DNA from: Hormiphora californensis | Taxonomy: Eukaryota > Animalia > Ctenophora | NCBI GenBank assembly: GCA_020137815.1 | Contig: CM035360.1 | Span: 1,178,001-1,242,000 of the forward strand | DNA: 64,000 nt | Direction of reading: 5' to 3' | Shown: positions 1 to 12,300 of the stretch, piece after piece | Layout: every line of letters starts with the position of its first letter | Numbering within the stretch: position 1 is the stretch's first letter | Translations under genes and position numbers: made by a program | Notes under the pieces: generated by a model | Databases searched by the model: none | Seen by the model: the letters and a program-made list of their open reading frames with translations, nothing else | Told to the model about the DNA's origin: nothing

Positions 1-306
1 GTCATTACCCATCACCTATCATGTTGAGGTTGTGTCTCTTGAGTTGTCCTGTTCCCAGAGACACAATGAGACGTTTCAGATTGAGTATGACATCACCACT
101 CCACTCGACCAAGGTGATCTAATGTAGTGACAAACAATCTTAATGCCGTTTTAAGTTAAGGCAAGTGCCCTTTTCATTTTAAATTCCCCGTAATAAGTGA
201 CACAGACATGACAGCTGAATTATAAATGGAAGGGAAAACCATTTAACTTAATGGCAGCTGCACCTTACTCAACAGCTTTCAAAAGCCTTTTCTGTCTATT
301 TCTCTA

Positions 307-396
<90 letters not shown>

Positions 397-3300
397 AGTA
401 ATTACAGAGTTGGAACTGCTGTCCCTACCCCTCCACGACGACTGGCTGAACACCACTAAAGGTGTGCCCAGCAATCAAGAAGACCTCTGTTATGGGTTTA
501 AGACAATCTACCTCCACGAGGGGATGTGGCTTTATAATAAGGATGATATGCTAATTCCAGAGAACTCGGCGGATATAACTGTTACGCGGCCCTACCCAGT
601 TCCGGTTAAGGGTATAGGTAATTCACGATGGGATTGTGTTCAAGGGTTATACTGCTCCAGGAGACTCGGTAACAACTTCCTCGTCCAGGTTTGTGTTTGG
701 TACAATGATTCCCTTTTTGGTACAATATGATTCCCTTTTGGTACAATGATTCCCTTTTGGTACAATATGATTCCCTTTTGGTACAATGATTCCCTTTTGG
801 TACAATGATTCCCTTTTGGTACAATGATTCCCTTTTTGATGGAATGATTCCCTTTTGGTACAATGATTCCCTTTTGGTACAATGATTCCCTTTTTGATGG
901 AATGATTCCTTTTTGGTACAATATGATTCCCTTTTGGTACAATATGATTCCCTTTTGGTACAATGATTCCCTTTTGGTACAATGATTCCTTTTTGGTACA
1001 ATGATTCCCTTTTGGTACAATGATTCCCTTTTGGTACAATGATTCCCTTTTGGTACAATGATTCCCTTTTGGTACAATGATTCCCTTTTGGTACAATGAT
1101 TCCCTTTTGGTACAATATGATTCCCTTTTGGTACAATATGATTCCCTTTTTGGTACAATATGATTCCCTTTTGGTACAATATGATTCCCTTTTTGGTACA
1201 ATATGATTCCCTTTTGGTACAATGATTCCCTTTTGGTACAATGATTCCCTTTTGGTACAATGATTCCCTTTTGGTACAATGATTCCCTTTTGGTACAATG
1301 ATTCCCTTTTGGTACAATGATTCCCTTTTGGTACAATGATTCCCTTTTGGTACAATGATTCCCTTTTGGTACAATATGATTCCCTTTTGGTACAATATGA
1401 TTCCCTTTTTGGTACAATATGATTCCCTTTTTGGTACAATGATTCCCTTTTGGTACAATATGATTCCCTTTTTGGTACAATATGATTCCCTTTTTGGTAC
1501 AATATGATTCCCTTTTGGTACAATGATTCCCTTTTTGGTACAATATGATTCCCTTTTGGTACAATATGATTCCCTTTTGGTACAATGATTCCCTTTTTGA
1601 TGGAGTAACGCAGCGACTAAATTGACTGAATAAACGAATGGGATTTCGTAAAATTGGGCTAACCCGTCCCCAAACTATTAATATCCTAGTCCAAATCTTG
1701 GACGGTGAAACCCTGAATTATGGTTAATCCGCAGGTCGCACAGAAGGGTTCTGGTGAACTAATAAATGGAAGCGAAACAGCTGCCGTTTTATCCTACAAA
1801 CCAAGAAAACGTCAATACTGTTTCCACTACCCTCTCTCCGGGCCCCCCACGGACAACTACACCGTGGGATTCTGTGGAAATTCCACGGGGAACACGGGGT
1901 CCCTGTGGCTGGACGTTCAATTACCAAATGCATCCCACGTGGTTGACCGGGTGGTCCAGTTGGGCATATCTCCCAAGGATCTTCCTATGGATGATAAACA
2001 CACGTACAGTGAGTTTCCTAAATTGGGGCCGGGGGTGGGGGGTTGGACGCCAGTTATTAGTGCAAACATGGGGGTTTGCTTGGTAGTTATATAATGAGAG
2101 GCCCCTTATATCATATCTCCTAACATGTTAGTTTATCGATGTACTGAATAATCAATTAATCTCTCCTTAACCGAGATCTGCTCGTGTGTGTGTGAGAATT
2201 CCCCATTCAACTGTTGTATAACAGATGGCGTGAGTGTGTATCAGCACCAGGCCAGCTGAAGGAGATATCAAAATTACTTCCTTTATCGATGTACATTAAT
2301 AAAAGCCGATTATTATATATTTTTCAGATGTGACAAAGGGTGGTCGATATCTGGTGTTTATTAGAGTAGGCCAAGAATGCTCTTATGGGGAACCGGTAAG
2401 AGTTCCAACTGCCCTAATTATTAACCTATCAGAATATCAGATCTTATACTGAATTGGTTTGTTCAAACCCAGGGCACGCAGGGGAATACTGCCAAGTTAG
2501 AGCCACATCTCTGATCAAAATTCTGGTCTGTTAGCTTCCCGCTGTGGTGTTTGTCATCCTTTCATTCTTCCTATTATTTTCAGTGCGATGAGTACCACAG
2601 ATTAGTAGAGAGTTTGAGTGTTTGTGAGACACCTCCACCCCCAACCCCAATCCCACCGCCAGCCACACCCGCCTTCATCTGGCTCTACACTCTGATTGGA
2701 TCCTTTGTTATCGCTGTTATAGGTATGTGTATGTATATGTTGTTTGTCAATTCTATCAAGTGTAGGTACAGTCGGACCCCGATTTAACGGCACCCTTGGG
2801 GGAAAGGGTTTTGTCCGTTAAATCGGGGTGTCCGTTAAATCGGGGTAGAGCATATTTGGCCCATAAAACCCTATTTTTGTCCAAAATGCTATACTAAAAC
2901 ACCTCTAAGTGTTAAAGGCAATGTCCATGAATTGATTACATGATCATTTCTGATTAGAAAAAGAAAATTATTTCAAAAAAAGTTAAAAAAATTTTCTAAG
3001 GTACTGTATATCAACCACGTCCGAATCGTTTATCGAATCAGTGCATCTTATCGCATGTCTTGCTGCTAATTAGACGGTTCGAAACGAACCGATACGTGAT
3101 ACCATGCCGAATCGGGGCACTTTAAGCGGGGTGAGGATTGAGGAAGAATTCGAATTTTAAAAATATATTTTTCTCTGAAAATTCATGGGGAGCACCGATC
3201 AAAGCATTGACAATCATTCTGTAAAATTTTGCAAAAAGAAGTTATATTATGAAAATTTTTCAAAGGTATATCAACCACGTCCGAATCGTGTTTCGAATCA

Positions 3301-6300
3301 GTGCATCTTATCGCACGTCCTGTCGCTAATTAGACGGTTCGAAGCGAACCGATACGTGATCCCCATGGGGCCGATTTAACAAGCGTCAAAATTGCGATTC
3401 GATGGGCCTCATGGGGATCACATATCTGATCGTTTCGAACCGTCTAATTACCGGCAAGACATGCAATAAGATGCACCGATTCGAAAGACGATTCGAACGT
3501 GGTTGATACACCTTTGAATATTTTTTTTTAAATTTTCAAAAAAAATTTTCAATAAAAATTTCAATTTTTTTGGGGGAAAATTATCCTGCCGTTAAATCGG
3601 GGTGCCGCTAAATCGGGGGCCGTTAAATCGGGGTCCGACTGTAGTAGGGACGTGTTGCAACCTGGCTATAGTGTCTGTCATAAGTATACCAAGGTGATAT
3701 ATTTCGTACACTACGTAATGTAGAGGATCGTATTTTATTTTATTCTTCATAGCATTGCTGGTGGCACTGACAGGTTGCATCCCCCGTTTTAAGCGACATG
3801 ATCAAAGATTTTACAGGCCTTTATCTTTCTACCCACAAGGTGCTGTCATTGTTTATCTGAGGAAGTCTCCCGATGCTGAGGCTAAATACTTGGACGGAGA
3901 TGACGCCCTGTTGGGAGGAGAACTTCCCAGAGAGTCGATCGATAAAATAAAGTGAGTGAGAAGGGCTGGTGGCCCCCGACTTAGTGGCACCCCGATTTAG
4001 TGGCAGGATGTTCCCCCCGAGGATGCCACTAAATCGGGGTCCGACTGTATTATAACACCTTGAATTAAACCCAAAAAGAACTATTTCTAGACATAGTTTG
4101 TTTGGGGATGCTGGTGACGATTTGTATTTCTAGAAATATTTAACTTTAATTCCCGGTTCAGATTAATCGACCGTGGGTATTTCGGTTATATTTTTGAGGG
4201 GAAGCTCCGAGTGAAACAGAAAGAGGATTCCCAGCTTACCAAGCACTATGAGTGTGCTCTGAAAATCTTAAAAACGTGCCTCCAGGAGAGTGAGAACACA
4301 TCAAAATCGGAGGAACATATCAAAGGTATTTTACAGTCAAACCTCGATTTTACGATTTACCGGACTCCTCGGTAAATTGAGGTACGTGGTTTATCGAGGT
4401 GAAATATTAGGGGAAATATTGTTTATTACCTAGATATTGGGAAATTATTCGTCTAGTAAATGGAGTCTCCGGCAATTTTTGATCGTAACTCCCTTTTTAA
4501 AAGATCAAGCTGGGGTATTTGATCATGATGTAATTCACTCTGCATTCACTCTGCATTCACTCTGCATTCGCTCTGCATTCACTCTGCATTCGCTCTGCAT
4601 TCACTCTGCATTCACTCTGCATTCGCTCTGCATTCACTCTGCATTCGCTCTGTATTCACTGCGTAAACACTATCGATTTAAGGATATGGAGGATGCGGGT
4701 AGTACCATTCACTCTGAATTGGGAATGTTCAGAAGAATAGAATATAGTGGTTTCAATATATTAAACTAATAAAAAGAACGTTCTAGACTGGTATAACCAG
4801 TGAGGGATATCATACGACTCTTACTTAAGTTAGCAGGTGCTGATTGATTTCGCAATCGCTTACTGGAGTAAGCGACAGGTGCTGACTGTTTTCCAAAATA
4901 ACTCTTATTTTCTTGTAAGAGATATCAAGAGTTTTGAGAGAACACACAGCACTGTTATGCTGTCGGTTTTCTCGATTGTCGCTAACTGCAGTAAGAGTCG
5001 TATGATTTCCCTCAGTATGATTCACGAGAATCATAACGGGCGACAGACAGGGTATACTCTGTTTTACTGATATAGCTGTTCCATATATTTACAGAGGCAA
5101 AGAAAGTAATCACGAGGATTCAGAAGATTATAGTATAGTGGTTCTAGACTGGTATTTGCCGATTCGCGAGAATCAAAACGGGTTCTGGCGCCAGGCCCCA
5201 TGAGGGTATATATTATAACTCTGGGGTTATACATAACTCTGTGTTACTGATATAGCTGTTCCACAGAGGCAAAGAAAGCGATGCTATCTGAGATAGAGAT
5301 GATGAGGGCTATCCAGGAGGGGAAGGACCAGGGGCACCGAGTGAAACGGGCCCATCCAAACCTACTCCGGATGTATGGTTATGTTATTGACAAGCCACCC
5401 TATATTCTAGTTCTGGAATTCTGTCTCACTAACCTCAGCCGGTACCTACGAGGTCTGAGAAAAGAGGTATACTGTCATGCGATGAATATCAAACTTTGTT
5501 TCCGTGGTTCTAGAATCCTAGATTTACACCCTTATTATAAGTTATAGTGGACAGGTCATCGTCGAACTCAACAGTCTCCAGATCACATAACATCTTTGCC
5601 CCTGATTCTACATCGCCACCACCCACCCCCTTAGATTCTACCCCCCCCCCCCCCACGGGATTCTACTCCTCAAACCAGATTCTACCCCCCCCCCAGATCG
5701 CAAGACCTGCAGAGGACGAGGTAATTTGGAAGAAAGGAGAAGAGGACGAGGAGGCGAGTGTTGTGATAGGAGGCGAGAGGATGTCATCCCTTCCCGCAAA
5801 TTTTATAAGAGATCACCCGGAGATGAGAAACCCTTTGAAGACTTTACCATTACCTAATAGGTTGGTGACATGATACTGACACATGTGATGACATACTGAC
5901 ACTTGTGATGACATACTGACACATGTGATGACATAGACACATGTGCGAGATCGATTGATCGAAGTTGCGCAGGGACTGAGATTGATCTCACACAAGCGAT
6001 TATATGTGGTAATTATACCAACAATCATCTATAAATTCATTTTTACTTTCTACGACAGTTACAGTTACAGTTATGCAACTTCTCGCCACGAAGTTAGTTA
6101 TATAAAACTTAATGACTTACCAGTTACATAATTTCTGTCATCCCCAGAGAAATCTAGACGACTATACTATTTACTTATTTAGCCACCTCTCATTTTATTG
6201 CTATATGAACTATATTTTTCCTTTCTTATACGTGGCGTCGAGGGAGAGGTGGTTAGATAGTATAGTTTTAAGTTCACTAGTTGAAGGTTTGGGGGAGGAT

Positions 6301-9300
6301 GACAGAAGTTAGAAGTTATGAGGTTACATATTTTACTTGTTCAATTCTATTAATAAGTATTCCCAGGCCGAGGATACTCTCCCGTAACACCAATAAAAGT
6401 GGGTATAATGACAGTGTACATGGGAAGATGACTAGGAAGCCACCTTCACTGGATCACGTGTGTAGGGGAACTACCCTGTCCCAAGCTGACCTTCACAACT
6501 TCACATGGCAGGTACTGCAGAATGTTGTGTAAGCCGGGGGTGTGGGGGTCGAGCTAGGTAAGTAGGAATGTTGGGTGTAGCGTTGTAATATATAGAGGTC
6601 ACCAATTTGTGACCTAAAGCTGTCATAAGTTGTTGCTTAGGGGGCCTTTCTCACGTAAAAACAGTGGATCGTACATGACTGCATTGACCAAAACCCTCGA
6701 TTGAGTAATTTCATGACCACCCAGGCCCCAGCACCACTCAAATCGCCCCTGCACTACTTATATCAGTGTCGTATTAAGACTTGTTGAGTAGTAAGTAGTC
6801 ATAACTTGTTGAGTAAGTACTACTTGCTCAACAAATTATGACACCCTTTATTTCCAGGTGTGTAGTGGAATGGATTTCCTGCACAGTATCAACATTATTC
6901 ACCGTGATCTGGCTGCTGACAATGTACTAATCAGCATTCAAGATGGCCGAACTACCCTGAAAATATGTGATTTCGGGCAGAGTAGGAGTCTCTATAATGG
7001 AACATACATCAAATCTAGTGAGAGTGTGTCAGCTCGAACTCGCATGTTTAGACTACGATGGACAGCTCCTGAGGTAATTATTTACTTAATTAATAAAATA
7101 ATAACTTTTTATACAGTTTGACCAACTTGCATTAGTTATATCTTCTTCTATTATCAGGGTGTGAACTGCATGTCGTGTTTGCTAGTCGCGAGCGTGCTCG
7201 CGAGACAAGCAAACACGTCAAGGTTTATTAACAAGCATGCTGCTCAGTCATTTTAGATTTAATACACAATGTAAGGATACCATGTAATAGGTGAGACTCT
7301 TGCCGTCACCCTCGTTCAAGTCCCGTGAAAAACAGAGCAGTACACGCAAACTGATGCCCATTTTCCTCGCGTGACCCCGATTCAGCAGTTTGAGACACCA
7401 ACTCTTTAGGGGGCCATATCTCAGGAACCAGACAAGATAGGAAAAATCGCCGTCTAACGAGGCGTACAGTTTTTAATCTAGTTTACCACTGTACCGGCCG
7501 TTTCACTCTCCGACCTAAAACAAAAATCGCAACCCCACAAAACTTCAAAATAATGAACTTCGCATCTCGCATGTCGTGTTGCATGTCGTGTTGCATGTCG
7601 TGTCATGTTATTGACGCGCTCGCGTTCAACTCTCGTACAGCAGCTGCAGAACATGGCGGGAAACATCGAGGAGTAGAGAGAGGGTCGGTGCCGAATCAAA
7701 TATTTCTTGATCTTGATCTACTCAATCTCTCAGCTATCCTACCCCTCATCAACTCCATCTCTCAGCTACCCTACCCCTCATCTACTCCATCTTTCAGCTA
7801 CCCTACCCCTCATCTACTCCATCTTTCAGCTACCCTACCCCTTATCTAGTCCATCTCTCAGCTACCCTACCCCTCATCTACTCCATCTTTCAGCTACCCT
7901 ACCCCTCATCTACTCCATCTTTCAGCTACCCTACCCCTTATCTACTCCATCTCTCAGCTTCCCTACTAGGGAAGCATAGAGATGGAAACGATTAGGGGTA
8001 GGGAATCCCTATCCATAATCGTTCCCATCTCTATGCTTCCCTAGCCCTCATCAACTCCATCTTTCAGCTACCCTACCCCTAATCTAGTCCATCTCTCCGC
8101 TACCCTACTCCTCATCTACTCCATCTCTCAGCTACCCTACCTCCCATTTACTCCATCTCTCAGCTACCCTACCTCCCATTTACTCCATCTCTCAGCTTCC
8201 CTACCTCCCATTTACTCCATCTCTCAGCTTACCTACCTCCCATTTACTCCATATCTCAGCTTCCCTACCTGCCATTTACTCCATCTCTCAGATACCCTAC
8301 CTCCCATTTACTCCATCTCTCAGCTTACCTACCTCCCATTTACTCCATCTCTCAGCTTCCCTATCTCCCATTCACTCCATCTCTCAGCTTCCTTACCTCC
8401 CATTTACTCCATCTCTCAGGCCTCAGCTACCCTACCTCCCATTCACTCCATCTCTCAGCTACCCTACCTCCCATTTACTCCATCTCTCAGCTTCCCTACC
8501 TCCCATTTACTCCATCTCTCAGCTTCCCTACCTCCCATTTACTCCATCCCTCAGCTTCCCTACCTCCCATTTACTCCATCTCTCAGCTTCCCTACCTCCC
8601 ATTTACTCCATCTCTCAGCTACCCTACCTCCCATTTACTTCATCTCTCAGCATCCCTACCTCCCATTTACTCCATCTCTCAGCTGCCCTACCTCCCATTT
8701 ACTCCATCTCTCAGCTTCCCTACCTCCCATTTACTCCATCTCTCAGCTTCCTTACCTCCCATTTACTCCATCTCTCATTTATCCTAACATTCCTACCCCT
8801 GAGAGATGGAGTAAATGGGAGGTAGGGAAGCTGAGAGATGGAGTAAATGGGAGGTAGGAAAGCTGAGAGATGGAGTAAATGGGTGTTAGGGTAGCTGAGA
8901 GATGGAGTAAATGGCAGGTAGGGAAGCTGAAGGATGGAGTAAATGGCAGGTAGGGAAGCTGAGAGATGGAGTAAATGGGAGGTAAGTAAGCTGAGAGATG
9001 GAGTAAATGGGAGGTAGGTAAGCTGAGAGATGGGGTAAATGGGAGGTAGGGAAGCTGAGAGATGGAGTAAATGGGAGGTAGGGAAGCTGAGAGATGGAGT
9101 AGATGAGAAGTAGCTGTAGCTGAGAGATGGACTAGATAAGGGGTTGGGTAGCTGAAAGATGGAGTAGATGAGGGGTAGGGTAGCTGAAAGATGGAGTAGA
9201 TGAGGGGTAGGGTAGCTGAGAGATCGAGTTGATGAGGGGTAGGATAGCTGAGAGATGGAGTAGATCAAGATCAAGAAATATTTGATTCGGCACCGACCCT

Positions 9301-12300
9301 CTCTCTACTCCTCGATGTTTCCCGCCATGTTCTGCAGCTGCTGTGTGAGAGTTGAACGCGAGCGCATCAATAACATGACACGACATGCAACACGACATGC
9401 AACACGACATGCGAGATGCGAATTTCATTATTTTGAAGTTTTGTGGGGTTGCGATTTTTGTTTTAGGTCGGAGAGTGAAACGGCCGGTACAGTGGTAAAC
9501 TAGATTAAAAACTGTACGCCTCGTTAGACGGCGATTTTTCCTATCTTGTCTGGTTCCTGAGATATGGCCCCTAAAGAGTTGGTGTCTCAAACTGCTGAAT
9601 CGGGGTCACGCGAGGAAAATGGGCATCAGTTTGCGTGTACTGCTCCGTTTTTCACGGGACTTGAACGAGGGTGACGGCAAGAGTCTCACCTATTACATGG
9701 TATCCTTACATTGTGTGTTAAATCTAAAATGACTGAGTAGCATGCTTGTTAATGAACCTTGACGTGTTTGCTTGTCTCGCGAGCGCGCTCGCGACTAGCA
9801 AACACGACATGCAGTTCACACCCTGATTATGTTTTAGTTCTGTATCAGATCGTCAGTATTATTCGTCAGGAGTGACAGTATCAACTTAGCCGGCCTCAAT
9901 TTAAGTTTCGGCCTCAATTTTAGTTTCAACATATCTACAGATCAAAAAAATTGTTTCTACAAACAAAAGGTTTCCTTTTTTTCCCTAAAGTAGCAAAGCA
10001 AATTAGATTGATAATAGGCCAGTCACTTTTTGCTTAATTGGTGAACTGAGACATAACAAAGGTTTTCCACTTGCATTGTACTCCTATGGGGTCCCAGAAA
10101 CACCAAAAAAATTGTTCACTCCAACCGAGGTGAAGAAAGTGCCCAAAATGGCCACGCCCTTTTTGCCTGTATTTTCAGCCTTGCCCAAAAATAGCAACTT
10201 TGCTTTGGATTGGAGTAGAAACGTAAATGAGGGCACTAAAATGTGTAGAATGAGCAGCAGAATCGATTGGTACCGAGCAGAAGTCGTTATCTCATCAGGT
10301 TCGAGAGATAATTGGATAATTAGGTATGCGCATAACCGTTTTTGAGCCATATGGCTATAGCCGCTCAGGAGCGGTTTCAGAAATTTTGCTTCACAGGAGC
10401 TTGTTCAGCATACCGTGTGCGGCAAAAAAAAAGGCCCCCCCTAGACCACCATAGTTGCCGATGTGGTGGAGAGCTGTAACTTGGCAGGGTTGCTCCACTA
10501 TGTCTATCTTGATCCTGACAGAAAAATCAGAGCTCTAGCTCAAAATTCATTTTCATGAACGGAATGAACTTCTCCGTTCCTTCGATATGAGACCCCCTCA
10601 TCATTCAGAATTTTTTGCCCGTCTTTGGCTAACGATTATCTTTGTAATGAGACCAATTTGAGCATAATCTGATTACCAGGAGAGACACAGTGGAGGGTTG
10701 GATCCATCGCATCCTATTCTCGCTCCGCGAATAATAGGATCCCGGCCCGTTGAGAGCAAGAACTCACGTGCGCGCGATATAAAGCACGTTTTCAGCAGAT
10801 CGCGCGTGATAGACCGTTTTTGGAGACCTTTTTAGCTGACCTAGCACTACTCAAAGGTCAATTATGGCCTCATTTCGCATCGTGATGAATCGGCGGGTAT
10901 TTTCCCATACTCACAAGGCCATGACGATTCCCCCAGTACCCGCAGATTGTCCCAGGACCGAGTAGGAGCTTGCAGCCAGGTCTTTAAAGAATTGCTCATG
11001 TTTAGCGTCAATTTTGACCCACTATTCCTCAAATGCTGATACTCGCGGGTATTTTCCGTAAAACTAGAGACAATTATCTGCCAGGAGCAACAAACGAGAT
11101 GCAAATCGGTTCAGTAGTTCCTTGCAGCCAGGTCTTTGAAAAAGTTTGCTCTAAAATCAATAACGGGCCGGAGGCCTAGATGTGAGATCGATCTCGGTCG
11201 CTGCGCGACCTCGATCTCACTCAGGCATCAATGTGGCCAAAGTGGAGGGTTTTCCGACCGTCACTCCTGACATGTGATCCAGGCCCGGTCACGTGGGTGT
11301 GGGGTTTGTCAGCCAATAATTGATTGTGATCACATTTGCAGTTGCAGTTTTAAAACACAATAAAATTAAATCAACAATAAATTAAATCAAAATGAACAAA
11401 ATTGAATAGAAAAATCCTTCAGAAATGAACAAAAATGAACTGGAAAACTGGAAAATCAGAAAAACTGTTTTTAAATCTAAAGTTAAGTTACTGAATTAAA
11501 AATTAATGATCAGAAAAGGTTCTTCAGAAATGAACAGAAATGAACTGACAACTCATTGAAATGAAAACAAACTTACAAAAACCGTTCAAAATGGCCACCG
11601 TTAGCTGTGATGCAGGCGTTAACCCTCTTCTGTACCGAGTGACAGGCATTCCTCATATGGACGAGGCTCGTGGTCCTTGCCGCCTGCTCAATAGCAGCTC
11701 GGTGGGATCCCTTGGCTAGTGTAATGTGAGATGATAGGCTGATTAGTGACACAAGATGGCCCCTCCTTGATGAAATGATCTCGTATCACGGGCCGCTTGA
11801 GAACTTTGACAAGAACTGGTGACATGAACCCAATCAATCAGCATCACAAAGTGACTTGAGAGCATTGTGGAGGGATATTCAAGGGATATGAGAGCAATAA
11901 TCCGTTATTGAGACATGTTAACAGCACCCCAAACCCACTTTTCACCACGTGACCGGGCCTGGATCACATGTCAGGAGTGACGGTCGGAAAACCCTCCACT
12001 GTGTCTCTCCTGGTAATCAGATTATGCTCAAATTGGTCTCATTACAAAGATAATCGTTAGCCAAAGACGGGCAAAAAATTCTGAATGATGAGGGGGTCTC
12101 ATATCGAAGGAACGGAGAAGTTCATTCCGTTCATGAAAATGAATTTTGAGCTAGAGCTCTGATTTTTCTGTCAGGATCAAGATAGACATAGTGGAGCAAC
12201 CCTGCCAAGTTACAGCTCTCCACCACATCGGCAACTATGGTGGTCTAGGGGGGGCCTTTTTTTTGCCGCACACGGTATAAAAATTAGTGGGGGTAACAAA

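Larger units (their letters stand above)
10413..12275 (-). mobile_element. Internally deleted Tc1/mariner transposon with ~330-bp TIRs
   Basis: TA|CCGTGTGCGGCAAAAA ... TTTTTGCCGCACACGG|TA; the mirror arm of the host shows the single TA empty site; contains a transposase C-terminal remnant. Confidence 0.88.

Noticed and set aside
606-1585. Three long minus-strand ORFs and a CRISPR-like periodicity
   Set aside because: Pure tandem minisatellite with no unique spacers; frames stay open only because the unit lacks stops; eukaryotic intron with no cas genes.
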